The notes under the pieces: generated by a model
Told to the model about the DNA's origin: nothing
Seen by the model: only the letters and a program-made list of their open reading frames with translations
Database searches by the model: none
Made by a program: the position numbers and the translations under genes
Shown here: positions 21,416 through 30,959 of the stretch, one piece after another
Numbering within the stretch: position 1 is the stretch's first letter
Layout of the letters: each line of letters opens with the position of its first letter
NCBI GenBank assembly: GCA_963843685.1
Contig: CAWJLO010000009.1
Coordinates: forward strand, 11,155 to 75,154
DNA: 64,000 nt
DNA from: an uncultured Chloroflexia bacterium
GTDB taxonomy: Bacteria; Chloroflexota; Dehalococcoidia; DSTF01; JACRBR01
Direction of reading: 5' to 3'

Positions 21416-22162
21416 TCATTCGGCGGCGACGTCCCTTACCTCGCTCGGCGCGGGGTCGGGGACGTGCAGGCCGCACTCCGTCTTGTCGAAGCCCTGCCAG
21501 CGACCGCTGCGGGGGTCATCGCCGGGCGCCACTGCCTTCGTGCAGTGCGTGCAGCCGATGCTCGGGTAGCCGCGGTCGTGCAGCTCGTTGTACGGCACGG
21601 AGTTGTCCAGGATGTACTTCCAGACCTGCGACTCCGTCCAGCCGGCCAACGCGTTGATCTTTACGAGGTCAAACTTCTCGTCCCACTCGACGATGTCGAT
21701 CTCGGCGCGGCTCTTCGCCTGGTCACGACGGATGCCGCTGATCCACGCGCGCTTGCCTTCGAGGGCGCGCCGGTTGGGCTCCACCTTGCGGATGGCGCAG
21801 CAGGCGTCGGGGTCGCGAGACCAGAGCGCGTCGCCGTGCTTCTGCGCCTGCTGCTGCGGGGTGAGGAGCGACATGTAGCCGGCCGGCTCGAAGCCGTACT
21901 TCGCGGCGGCCAGATCCCGGAGCTTGTAGGTCTCCGGGAAGAGGAAGTCCGTGTCCAGGTAGAACACCTCGACGCCCTTGTCGATGCCCATGATCATGTC
22001 GAGGAGCACCATGCCTGAGGGGCCGCCGAAGCTGCAGGCGAGCGTGAGGCCGGGCTGGTAGGTGTCGACTGCCCAGCGCAGGATCTCCTGCGGCGTCCGG
22101 CCCTCGAGCGCGGCGGACGCCGCCTTCAAGTCGTCGATCGCGTCGCTTGTCGCCTGCACCAT
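21416..22162 (-). CDS. cysH: APS/PAPS reductase with [4Fe-4S] motifs (APS reductase type)
   Basis: SFGG, LDTDFLFPET, CCAIRKVEP, SIGCTHCT, RSGRW, KTECGLH. Confidence 0.92.
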   Translation of the reverse strand: MVQATSDAIDDLKAASAALEGRTPQEILRWAVDTYQPGLTLACSFGGPSGMVLLDMIMGIDKGVEVFYLDTDFLFPETYKLRDLAAAKYGFEPAGYMSLLTPQQQAQKHGDALWSRDPDACCAIRKVEPNRRALEGKRAWISGIRRDQAKSRAEIDIVEWDEKFDLVKINALAGWTESQVWKYILDNSVPYNELHDRGYPSIGCTHCTKAVAPGDDPRSGRWQGFDKTECGLHVPDPAPSEVRDVAAE

Positions 22163-23934
22163 CAGACCGCGCACTCCCCTTCGCCCATGTCGTCGAGGGT
22201 GAAGAACTTGGTCTGGCCCCAGTCGACGTAGGCCATCGGGTTCTCGTTGAACTGCGGCACGACCTTGTACTCGGCGAGCACTTCCTGCACGTGAGGGGTG
22301 CCGACGCGCGCGGACCATGACGCGAACTTCTCGCCGTCGCCGCGCTCACCGACGTAGGCGTCGATCAGCTTCTCGACGGCGTCAGGGATGTGCCGCGCGG
22401 GGAGCTTCATGGTGATCTTGCCGAGGCGGCCGTCGCCCTGCGCGTTACCGCCGAGCAGGAGCTGGAACGCGGGGACCTGGCGCTCGCCCACGCGGATGGC
22501 CATGCCGTAGAAGCCGATGTCGGCGACGTGGTGCTGGCCGCAGGAGTTCGGGCAGCCGCTGATCTTGATCTTGATGTCGTTGACGAGCGGGTCGCGGTAG
22601 CGGCCGTTGCCGGCGAGGATGCGCTCGCGGAGCTCGGTGCCGAGCCCCTTCGAGGAGGTCACGCCGATGCTGCAGGTGTCGGCGCCGGGGCAGGTCATGA
22701 CGTCCGAGATGGTCATGGCGTGGTCTTCGGCGAGGCCGATGTCGGCCAGCGCACCGTGGACGGCCGTCAGGTCGTCCTCGTGCACCCAGCGCAGCACGAA
22801 GTTCTGCGTCGCGGCCGTGCGGACGTGGCCGCCGGCGTACTTTCGGGCGATCTCGGCGAGGGCGTGCATCTGGTCCGCCGTGACGTCGCCGATCGGGAGC
22901 AGCACGTGAACGGTGAAGTACGGCTGGATCTTCTGCTTGATGGCGTTGGTGCGGCGCCAGACGTCGAAGCCGGGGCGAGGCGCCGCGGGGCCGCCGTTGT
23001 TCGCCGCGTAGGAGCCGTAGGCGGGTGGCTCCTCGAGCAGCGTGAAGTCCGGCTCGCGGTAGCGCTGGTCGGTGGCGGGAGGCAGTGTGGCGAGCTCCAA
23101 CTCGTAGAGCCGGCGGAACTCGTCGATGCCAAGCTTTGCGATGAGGAACTTGATGCGGGCCTTGTTCTTGTTGCGGCGCTCGCCGAGGCGGTCCCAGACG
23201 CGGATCACGGCCTCGATCGTGCGGAGCTGCTCCGACACGGGGATGTAGTCGACGAGCACGTCGGCAACGCGCGGGGCGGCGCCGAGACCGCCGCCGACGC
23301 TGACGCGGAAGCCCTGCTGGCCGCCGCGCTCCACGGCCATGAGGCCGATGTCGTGGATGGGGATGAGGCCGCGGTCCTCTTCGCTGGCGGAGTAGCTGAT
23401 CTTGAACTTTCGGGGGAGCTTCTGGTTGACGGGGTTGCGCAGGAAGTAGCGCATCGCCGCCTCGGCGTAGGGCGTGATGTCGAAGACGCAGTCGTCGGCG
23501 ATGCCGCTGAGCGGATCGGCGGTGACGTTGCGGACGGTGTTGCCGCAGGCCTCACGCGTGGTGACGCCGACCTCGGCAAGACGGCGCATCACCTTCGGCG
23601 CATCCTCCAGCATGACGAAGTGGAGCTGGATCGCCTGGCGGGTGGTGACGTGGCCGAGCTTGCGCAGGGTGTATTGCTCGGCGCATTCGGCGATGGCGTG
23701 GAGCTGGTCGGGGGTCATGGTGCCGTGGGGCACCTTAATGCGCATCATCTGGCGGTCGGCCTGGCGCTGGCCGTAGGTGCCGTGCTGGAGGCGGAAGGGG
23801 CGGAAGTCGTCGCCGAGGCCGCCGCCAGCGCGCCAGGCGAGCGCTTCCTTCTCGAAGTTGTTGATCTCCGCCTGGACGACGGGATCGCTGGACTTGTCCT
23901 CGGCGAACTCGGAGCGCTTCACTTCTGTGACCAT
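22162..23934 (-). CDS. sir: Siroheme nitrite/sulfite reductase (ferredoxin-type Sir)
   Basis: TTRQAIQLH, ACGNTVRNV, LPRKFKI, CPGADTC, SGCPNSCGQH, C-terminal GEGECAV; in sulfate assimilation operon. Confidence 0.9.
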   Translation of the reverse strand: MVTEVKRSEFAEDKSSDPVVQAEINNFEKEALAWRAGGGLGDDFRPFRLQHGTYGQRQADRQMMRIKVPHGTMTPDQLHAIAECAEQYTLRKLGHVTTRQAIQLHFVMLEDAPKVMRRLAEVGVTTREACGNTVRNVTADPLSGIADDCVFDITPYAEAAMRYFLRNPVNQKLPRKFKISYSASEEDRGLIPIHDIGLMAVERGGQQGFRVSVGGGLGAAPRVADVLVDYIPVSEQLRTIEAVIRVWDRLGERRNKNKARIKFLIAKLGIDEFRRLYELELATLPPATDQRYREPDFTLLEEPPAYGSYAANNGGPAAPRPGFDVWRRTNAIKQKIQPYFTVHVLLPIGDVTADQMHALAEIARKYAGGHVRTAATQNFVLRWVHEDDLTAVHGALADIGLAEDHAMTISDVMTCPGADTCSIGVTSSKGLGTELRERILAGNGRYRDPLVNDIKIKISGCPNSCGQHHVADIGFYGMAIRVGERQVPAFQLLLGGNAQGDGRLGKITMKLPARHIPDAVEKLIDAYVGERGDGEKFASWSARVGTPHVQEVLAEYKVVPQFNENPMAYVDWGQTKFFTLDDMGEGECAV

Positions 23935-23953
23935 GGGGCCTCCCGGTGTCTTG

Positions 23954-24006
23954 GAAAGTGAATCGATTTAGTCAACATTATTATCGGGAGGGGGAGGTTG
24001 AGTCAA
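23954..24006 (-). promoter_or_regulatory. Promoter of sir operon (TTGACT -35; AATAAT/GATAAT -10) with 24-bp putative operator
   Basis: -35 at 24006-24001; motif GAAAGTGAATCGATTTAGTCAACA at 23954-23977. Confidence 0.65.
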
Positions 24007-24034
24007 GGGGCGCCGTTTGACGACTGCCGGAGGG

Positions 24035-26909
24035 GCTACGGCGAGGGCGTGGCGGGTGCGGGCGATCGGAAGTGGCGAGGTCGAGGCGGTAGATGATGGT
24101 GCGGCGGGGCGGGTCGTAGCCGCCATCAGGAGCGTTGACGTGGGAGGTCGACTCCAGCAGCCAGATCCGACCGTTGCGAACGGCGAAGCGTTGCGGCTGC
24201 GTGCAAGCCGCCCCGGGGCGTGGCCAGAGAGAACTCCTCTTCCCAGGTGACCCCGCCATCGGACGTGGAGATGACTTCAGGAGGCACGTCGGCAGCACGG
24301 CTGGTCCTAGCAATGGCGAACGCGTGCTTGGCGTCGACGGGCGCGAGAGATTGAATTGACCACGGCGCCGTCGACACGGTCTGCCACGTCAGGCCGCCGT
24401 CGCGTGTGGCCAGCAGGCACCGGCAGTCACCGTCCGGATTGTACGGCGAAGCCCAACCATCCAGCGGGGTGGCGAAGACGAAGCCCGGATACACAGGCTG
24501 CGGGACTGGACGCGACTGCCACGTTTCCCCGCCGTCGCTCGTGACGCGGAGTGGCTCGTCGCAGGCGGCATTGCACGGGGACCATCCAGATGTGCTGCGA
24601 CTCGATCGACGCCGTACGTGGCATTGGGCGTAGCGTCGATCTGACGCCAGGTGAGGCCGGCGTCGTCGGTACGCCAACAGTCCGTATCGTACGTCGCGCC
24701 ACGTCGCCCCACGATCGTCACTCAAGCGTATGGTGCCGTCCGGGCCGATGGCCGAGAGCGCGCCCGTCACGGCGATGCTCCAACTGAAGCCATCGCTTCG
24801 CGGCGCCCAGGTCGCACCGCCGTCGTCGCTGAACCACAGAGCGCCCGTGTCGGTGATTGCGTAGCCCTGATCTCGCGTGGCGAACGCAACGAGCGTGAGC
24901 ACTGGTCCTGCGTCAGTGGACGCTTCATCCCACTTCTCGCTGGTCGGATCGTAGACGAGGACACCAGACGCACCGCCGGCCTTCACACGATTCGCCGGCA
25001 CTCCCGTTTGGCCGCCTGACCCCTCCGGCACCCAGGTCCGCCCACCGTCCGAAGTGTACAAACGAACGAGCCCGGAGCATCCCGAGGTGGAGCACCGGAA
25101 GCTCGCGAACGCGTGCCGCACGTCGACGCGATCCACCGTCACGGGCTCGTCCTCTGACACACGTAACACCTCCCAGGACTGCCCGTCGTCGGGCGTGTGG
25201 AGCAGGGTCTGGCGGTCCGTGCAGGGGGCGTGCCCGGGGGCGCCGGGCTCTGCGTTCGGGTCATCCTGCGGATCGCCGGGGTGGCACTGGGTCGCGAGCA
25301 GCCAGCCGTCGTCCGCCGACGAACCAGAGGCCGATGAAGATGCCGTAGCCCGGCACGTCGACGCTCTGCCACGTGGCACCGCCGTCGGTGGTGTGGAGGA
25401 GGGCGCTGGCGCCGTGGGGAGGGAAGCCCTGCGGGCTCTGAACGTAGCCCGCCGTCCATGCCTCGTCAACGCTCACGGCGGCGATGGAGGAGACGGGCGC
25501 GTCGACGCCCGTGGGCTGCGGCGTCCACGTCAGGCCGCCGTCATCGGTGTGGAGGATGACGTTGCCGGCGCCGCCGACCCAGGCGTGCTCGCGGTCGGCG
25601 ATGGCGATGGGGCCGATGAAGTCGTCGGCGGAGTCGGTCTCGCGCCACGTCTGGCCGCCATCGGTCGTGCGCTCGATGCCGTGGCCGATGATGGCGAGAC
25701 CGAACTCATCGTCGTACATCTCGATGGCGGTGGCGGAGTCGGCAGGGTGGTCGTAGATCTTCGTCCCATCCGCCGGTGGTGGCTGCGGCGGGCGAGGGCG
25801 TGGGGCCTTCGAGCGGGGCCTCGGCAGATCCGCCGCACGCGACGAGCAGGGTAGCCGAGCAGGCGAGCGCAAGATAAGGCGATCGACCCGGCGGCACGAA
25901 CTCAGCGTAGGACACGGGACGAGCCCCGACTGTGAGCCAGACAGTGCACATGAGCCGCGTACGGTCGACCGAGAGAGAACGTGCGCATCTTCGACGCCAC
26001 AGCATTCGCCGGCACTCCCGTTTGGCCGCCTGACCCCTCCGGCATCCAGGTCCGCCCACCGTCCGAAGTGTACAAACGAACGAGCCCGGAGCATCCCGAG
26101 GTGGAGCACCGGAAGCTCGCGAATGCGTGCCGCACGTCGACGCAATCCACCGTCACGGGCTCTCCTCTGACACACGTAACACCTCCCAGGACTGCCCGTC
26201 GTCGGGCGTGTGGAGCAGGGTCTGGCGGTCCGTGCAGGGGGTGTGGCCGGGGGCGCCGGGCTCTGCGTTCGGGTCATCCTGCGGGATCGCCAGGGTGGCA
26301 CTGGGTCGCGAGCAGCCAGCCGTCGTCCCCGACGAACCAGAGGCCGATGAAGATGCCGTAGCCCGGCACGTCGACGCTCTGCCATGTGGCGCCGCCGTCG
26401 GTGGTGTGGAGGAGGGCGCTGGCGCCGTGGGGAGGGAAGCCCTGCGGGCTCTGAACGTAGCCCGCCGTCCATGCCTCGTCAACGCTCACGGCGGCGATGG
26501 AGGAGACGGGCGCGTCGACGCCCGTGGGCTGCGGCGTCCACGTCAGGCCGCCGTCATCGGTGTGGAGGATGACGTTGCCGGCGCCGCCGACCCAGGCGTG
26601 CTCGCGATCGGCGATGGCGATGGGGCCGATGAAGTCGTCGGCGGAGTCGGTCTCGCGCCACGTCAGGCCGCCGTCGGTCGTGCGCTCGATGCCGTGGCCG
26701 ATGATGGCGAGACCGAACTCATCGTCGTACATCTCGATGGCGGTGGCGGAGTCGGCAGGGTGGTCGTAGATCTTCTCCCAGCCGCCGGTGGTGGCTGCGG
26801 CGGGCGAGGGCGTGGGGCCTTCGAGCGGGGCCTCGGCAGATCCGCCGCACGCGACGAGTAGGGTAGCCGAGCAGGCGAGCGCAAGTAAGGCGATGCTCAG
26901 TAAACGCAC
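24035..26909 (-). CDS. BNR/Asp-box beta-propeller (YCF48-like) lipoprotein, fragmented by frameshifts and an internal duplication
   Basis: Lipobox LLVACG; many TxDGGxTW Asp-boxes across ORFs 26274-26909, 24126-25469, 23981-24313; 3' boundary approximate. Confidence 0.75.
24990..26894. repeat. ~890-bp direct tandem duplication (24990-25883 and 26004-26894)
   Basis: Near-identical sequence offset by ~1.01 kb, separated by ~120 bp of unrelated sequence. Confidence 0.95.
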
Positions 26910-26939
26910 GATCGTAGAACGCTTCGACGGCGGTGGAGG

Positions 26940-27714
26940 TTAACGGCGCGCTCGGGATGAAGTGGCCGACGGCTTGCGGAGGAACTTGCTTGCGGAGGGG
27001 CAGAGGTCGCGGAGGACGCAGTCGGGGCACTTGGGGCGCTGGGCGGAGCAGGTGCGGCGGCCGTGCTTGATGAGGCCGATGTGGAAGGCGTAGAAGTCCT
27101 CCGGCGCGACGGCTGCCTCCAGGAGGGCGTGCGCCTTCTCGGGCGTCATGGCGGCCTTGCCGGCGCGCTCCGGAATGAGGCCGAGGCGCATGGCGACGCG
27201 GAAGACGTGCGTGTCGACGGGCATGGCGGGGCGGCCGAGGGCGAACATGAGGACGCAGGCGACGGTCTTGGGGCCGACGCCGTGCAGCTCGCGGAGCCAG
27301 GCGCGCGCTTCCTCCATCGGCAGGTCGCCGAGGAACGAGAGGTCGAACGAGCCGCCGTTGCGGTGCTTGATGTCGCGAAGGACGGCCTGGATCCGGGGGG
27401 CCTTCGTCGGCGCGAGGCCGCCGGGCTGGATGGCGGCGATCAGCTCCGGCAGGGGCGCCTCGAGTGACGGCGTCCCAGGTGGGGAAGGCCTCCAGCAGGC
27501 GGACGAAGGCGCGGCCGGAGTTGGCGTCGGAGGTGTTCTGGGAGAGGATGGTCAGGATCAGCTCGGATGTCGGGTCGTGGTGGGGGCGCCACTCCGGAAG
27601 ACCGTACGCCTCATCGAGGCGGGCAATTATTTCCGGGATCCGCGCGACGTTCGGGTGGGGCTTCGGCGCGCGCGGACGTGGGCGAGGGTTCGGCTTCGCC
27701 TGGGCTCTCGGCAT
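26940..27714 (-). CDS. nth: Endonuclease III-like HhH-GPD DNA glycosylase (frameshift ~27460)
   Basis: LILTILSQNTSD, LHGVGPKTVACVL, PVDTHVFR, CSAQRPKCPDCVLRDLC Fe-S motif. Confidence 0.88.
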
Positions 27715-27756
27715 GCGGTGAGGGTACGGCAGCGGGTCCGGGGCGAACAGGCGACG

Positions 27757-28623
27757 CTAGCCGTCGCTCTCTCGCGTCCAGCGGAAGCCGCGGGCGGCGA
27801 CGAGGAAGCCGGCGATTGTCCAGGCGGCGAGGACGGCGGCGATGAGCCCCAGGTCCCACGTGCCGCGCTGCTCCTTCACCTGGAACCAGTCCGGGAGGAA
27901 GACGAAGCGCAGGCCCTGCGCCATCCACTTCAGCGGGAAGAGCATGCCGATGAAGCGCAGGAACGGCGGCAGGTCGCCATAGACGAAGAAGACGCCCGAG
28001 ATGAACTCCAAGATGAGGTAGGGCGGCTGCACGATGGCGGACGCGGCCTGCGCGTTCGGGATCAGGCGGGTGTAGGCGATGCCGAGCAGAGAGCAGGAGG
28101 CGATGCCGAGCAAGAAGACCCAACTGAACACGAGCCAGCGCATCGGGTCGGACGGCAGGTTCAGTCCGAAGAAGATGACGCCGATGGCGAGCATGATGGC
28201 GGTCTGGGCGGCCGAGGACACGACGGCGACGCCGATCTTGCCGATGAAGTAGGAGGCCTTCGGCAGCGGCGTTGCGGAGAGCCGCTTGAGCAGGCCCTCG
28301 TGCTGTTCGATCGAGATGGTGATCGCCAGGTTGGTGAACGTCGTGCTGACGATGCCGGCGGCGATCATGCCGGCGACGAAGTACTGGCGAAACGGGACGG
28401 GCTTCGTGCCGGGCGGGCCGTCGATGTGGCCGCTGAAGATCATGCCGAAGATGACGAGCAGCAGCACGGGCAGGGAGAACGTGAAGAAGACGAGCTGGGG
28501 GTTGCGGAAGAACTGCTTGACCTCGATGACGGTGCGATCCCAACCCAGCCTGAGGATGAGGCGGAGATCCTGTCGGCGCCCGGACGCGGGCATGTCGACG
28601 GCGGCGACTTCTCGCACGGTCAC
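27757..28623 (-). CDS. ABC-2 exporter permease
   Basis: FFTFSLPVLL, EGLLKRLSATPL, ISGVFF, LFPLKWM. Confidence 0.88.
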   Translation of the reverse strand: MTVREVAAVDMPASGRRQDLRLILRLGWDRTVIEVKQFFRNPQLVFFTFSLPVLLLVIFGMIFSGHIDGPPGTKPVPFRQYFVAGMIAAGIVSTTFTNLAITISIEQHEGLLKRLSATPLPKASYFIGKIGVAVVSSAAQTAIMLAIGVIFFGLNLPSDPMRWLVFSWVFLLGIASCSLLGIAYTRLIPNAQAASAIVQPPYLILEFISGVFFVYGDLPPFLRFIGMLFPLKWMAQGLRFVFLPDWFQVKEQRGTWDLGLIAAVLAAWTIAGFLVAARGFRWTRESDG

Positions 28624-29564
28624 GCGTCGCCTCCCTCAAGCGCGTCACCGCCTCGGTCACGGATCATCTGCAGGTAGACGTCCTCCAACGACGGCCGCCC
28701 GATGGCCAGCCCCGGGATCTCGTCGACGCCGGAGGCCCGGGCCCAGGCGGCGAGCGCGGTCACGACGGCCGTCGGCGCATCGGTGAGCACGCTGGCGCGG
28801 CTCCCATCTACCGCGAGTGTGCCCGGCAGTTCGGGCAGTGGGCGGGCCGTGAGCGGGCCGGTCAGGGTGAAGGTGACGTGCGCCCGCGCCTGCTGGCGGC
28901 CGCCGAGCTCGGCCGGGGCGGCGACGGCGACCAGCTCACCGTGGACGATGACGCCGACGCGGCCGGCGAGGGCCTCGGCTTCGTCAAGGTAGTGGGTGGT
29001 GAGCAGGACGGTCTTGCCGAGCGACGTCAGCTCTCTCACCGTCTCCCAGGCGTGGCGCCGGGCCGACGGGTCGAAGCCGGTGGTCGGCTCGTCGAGGAAG
29101 ATGAGCTCCGGGTCACCCACGAGCCCCAGGGCCAGGTCAACGCGGCGTCGCTGGCCGCCGGAGAGCGTGCCGCAACGCGCGTCGCGCTTCTCGGCCAGGC
29201 CGGCCAGCTCGATGACATGGCCGACCGGCATCGGCGCCGGGTAGAAGTTGCCGAAGTGGGTGACGACCTCCGTCACGGTCAACGTGTCGAAGAGCGCGGT
29301 GGTCTGGAGGACGACGCCGATGCGCGCGCGCCAGCCCGCGCCGCCGGCGGCCGGGTCGACACCGAGCACCGCGGCCTCGCCGGACGTGCGCCGCCGGAAC
29401 CCCTCCAGAATCTCGACGAAGGTCGTCTTTCCGGCGCCGTTGGGGCCGAGCAGGGCGAAGACCTCTCCGGGGGCTACCTCGAGGTCGACGCCGCGCAACG
29501 CCTCAACGGCGGAATAGCGTTTGCGGAGGTCGCGGGTGCGGATGGCGGCTGCGGTCTCTGTCAT
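28620..29564 (-). CDS. ABC exporter ATP-binding protein
   Basis: GPNGAGKTT, LSGGQRRR, FLDEPTTG, TTHYLDEA. Confidence 0.92.
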   Translation of the reverse strand: MTETAAAIRTRDLRKRYSAVEALRGVDLEVAPGEVFALLGPNGAGKTTFVEILEGFRRRTSGEAAVLGVDPAAGGAGWRARIGVVLQTTALFDTLTVTEVVTHFGNFYPAPMPVGHVIELAGLAEKRDARCGTLSGGQRRRVDLALGLVGDPELIFLDEPTTGFDPSARRHAWETVRELTSLGKTVLLTTHYLDEAEALAGRVGVIVHGELVAVAAPAELGGRQQARAHVTFTLTGPLTARPLPELPGTLAVDGSRASVLTDAPTAVVTALAAWARASGVDEIPGLAIGRPSLEDVYLQMIRDRGGDALEGGDA

Positions 29565-29660
29565 GCGGTCCGGCCTCGGCGAACGGGTGAGAGGGCAATC
29601 GTAACATCAGGCGTCGCCGCAGTTCCGCGTGCCGGATCTGCGAACAACGCAGAATTGCAG

Positions 29661-29700
29661 AAAGCACACGGCCGGACGACGTCGTCCGGCCGTGTGCTTT
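29661..29700. terminator. Perfect 40-bp palindrome, probable intrinsic terminator
   Basis: AAAGCACACGGCCGGACGAC|GTCGTCCGGCCGTGTGCTTT, 20 nt after the 3D-domain gene stop. Confidence 0.7.
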
Positions 29701-29720
29701 GCCCGTGTTCGCCTGTGTCG

Positions 29721-30587
29721 TTAGTTGACGATCTCGATCTCCGTGACCGTCGTGCCGAGGTTGCTCTGCCAGGCCATGCCCTCGGTGGTGTCGTTGAAGT
29801 AGACGTCGATCCAGGTAGGCGTGAGCCGCCCGCGGTCGAGGCACTCGTAGGTACGGCCTGTCGGGTCGCCGGTGATCTTCAGCTTCGTCCCGAACGGGAG
29901 GTTGTCGCTGCAGGCGACGGCTCCCGGAAACGGCGCGCCGCCCGCGGACATGTGCTGGCAGAAGCCGCCACCCGGCCCGTAACAGCCGTAAATCGTGATC
30001 CTAGCCCGAATCTTCGTGCCCGGCGCGAAGCCGGAGGTCCCGTTCAGGCTGTACGACGGAGCGGGCGCCGCGACCGAGCGAGCCGGGGTCGAACTGGCCG
30101 GCGTCGTCGCGGCGATCCAGTCGCGATAGGCAGCCAGCTTCACAAGCGACTGCTCGAACGCGGCCTGCTTCGGCGACTGGTAGCGAGCCAGGCCGGAGCC
30201 GGCTGCGCCGGCATCGAACAGCGCGTGCTGTGCGTGCGGGCTGCCCATGCCGACGACCGCCCGGGGGGCGGCCGTATCAGCTCCGTCGGCCCGCAGCGTG
30301 CTGGCGACGGCGGTCACGGCAGGGATCGATGCGGCGAGGATGATGCCGGCCACACCGATCGCCAGCGCGGCGAGAACCCGCCGCACGATGAACCCCCGTG
30401 CGGCCGATGACCAGGCTGCGGGCGCCGGCGATGACGGGGGTATCGCGGCGAGCGGACTGTAGGGCGTGGCCTCCACGAATGCGGGGGCCAACGTTCGTTC
30501 ATTCGTGAGCGCGACGCCGAAGGACGCGGCCGCACTGGCGACCATCGCGGCCGCTCTTGCGCACGCGAAGACTCCTCGGTAACTCAG
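29721..30587 (-). CDS. 3D-domain (double-psi barrel) cell-wall protein with TM/signal segment
   Basis: ITIYG...AVACSDNLPFGTKLKI...CLDRG...WIDVYF; strong AAGGAGG precedes in-frame CTG 30587 (alternative ATG 30545). Confidence 0.75.
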   Translation of the reverse strand: MSYRGVFACARAAAMVASAAASFGVALTNERTLAPAFVEATPYSPLAAIPPSSPAPAAWSSAARGFIVRRVLAALAIGVAGIILAASIPAVTAVASTLRADGADTAAPRAVVGMGSPHAQHALFDAGAAGSGLARYQSPKQAAFEQSLVKLAAYRDWIAATTPASSTPARSVAAPAPSYSLNGTSGFAPGTKIRARITIYGCYGPGGGFCQHMSAGGAPFPGAVACSDNLPFGTKLKITGDPTGRTYECLDRGRLTPTWIDVYFNDTTEGMAWQSNLGTTVTEIEIVN

Positions 30588-30654
30588 CGGTCCCTCCTTC
30601 TCAGATGCGCGCGGGGTCGTAATATGTCAACAACCGGCTGCGGGTGGGCCGGGC

Positions 30655-30867
30655 TGTGTCCCCCCGCCGGGGGCACAAAACGCCCGATTATAACGGCGAA
30701 TTCAGCGAGATCAAGGCCGAAACAGGCGAAATGGAGGCTTACGGGAGCCTATTGTTTAAGGGATTGCTAGCTCGCTCACGCTCCATTTTTGAACCTGGAA
30801 GGCACCCGGTGAAGCCATCCGGGGGCACGGTGAGGGAGATTTAACGGAATCGTCGACGGCGGACACG
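30655..30867 (+). ncRNA. Candidate structured RNA, 6S-like
   Basis: CGGGAGCCT/AGGCACCCG pairing with central A.A mismatch, GU-rich apical stem, GTGTCC/GGACAC closing pair, downstream hairpin 30871-30891; judged by eye only. Confidence 0.3.
30687..30714 (-). promoter_or_regulatory. Putative sigma70 promoter TTGATC-N16-TATAAT
   Basis: Sequence match upstream of the 3D-domain gene. Confidence 0.5.
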
Positions 30868-30959
30868 CGAGAGGGCCCGGATCGGGCCCTCAGAGGGGTT
30901 CTCGGAGAACAGGCGTGCTGGCGCAATCTTCGAAACTTCGCGTCAGGTCGATCTCGCCG

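Noticed and set aside
30590-30710. c-di-AMP (ydaO) riboswitch upstream of the 3D-domain gene
   Set aside because: Only GCTGAAT matches, and it falls in the spacer of the predicted promoter; the GGGGA/GGGGTGAAT/GTCAGCTAAC elements are absent
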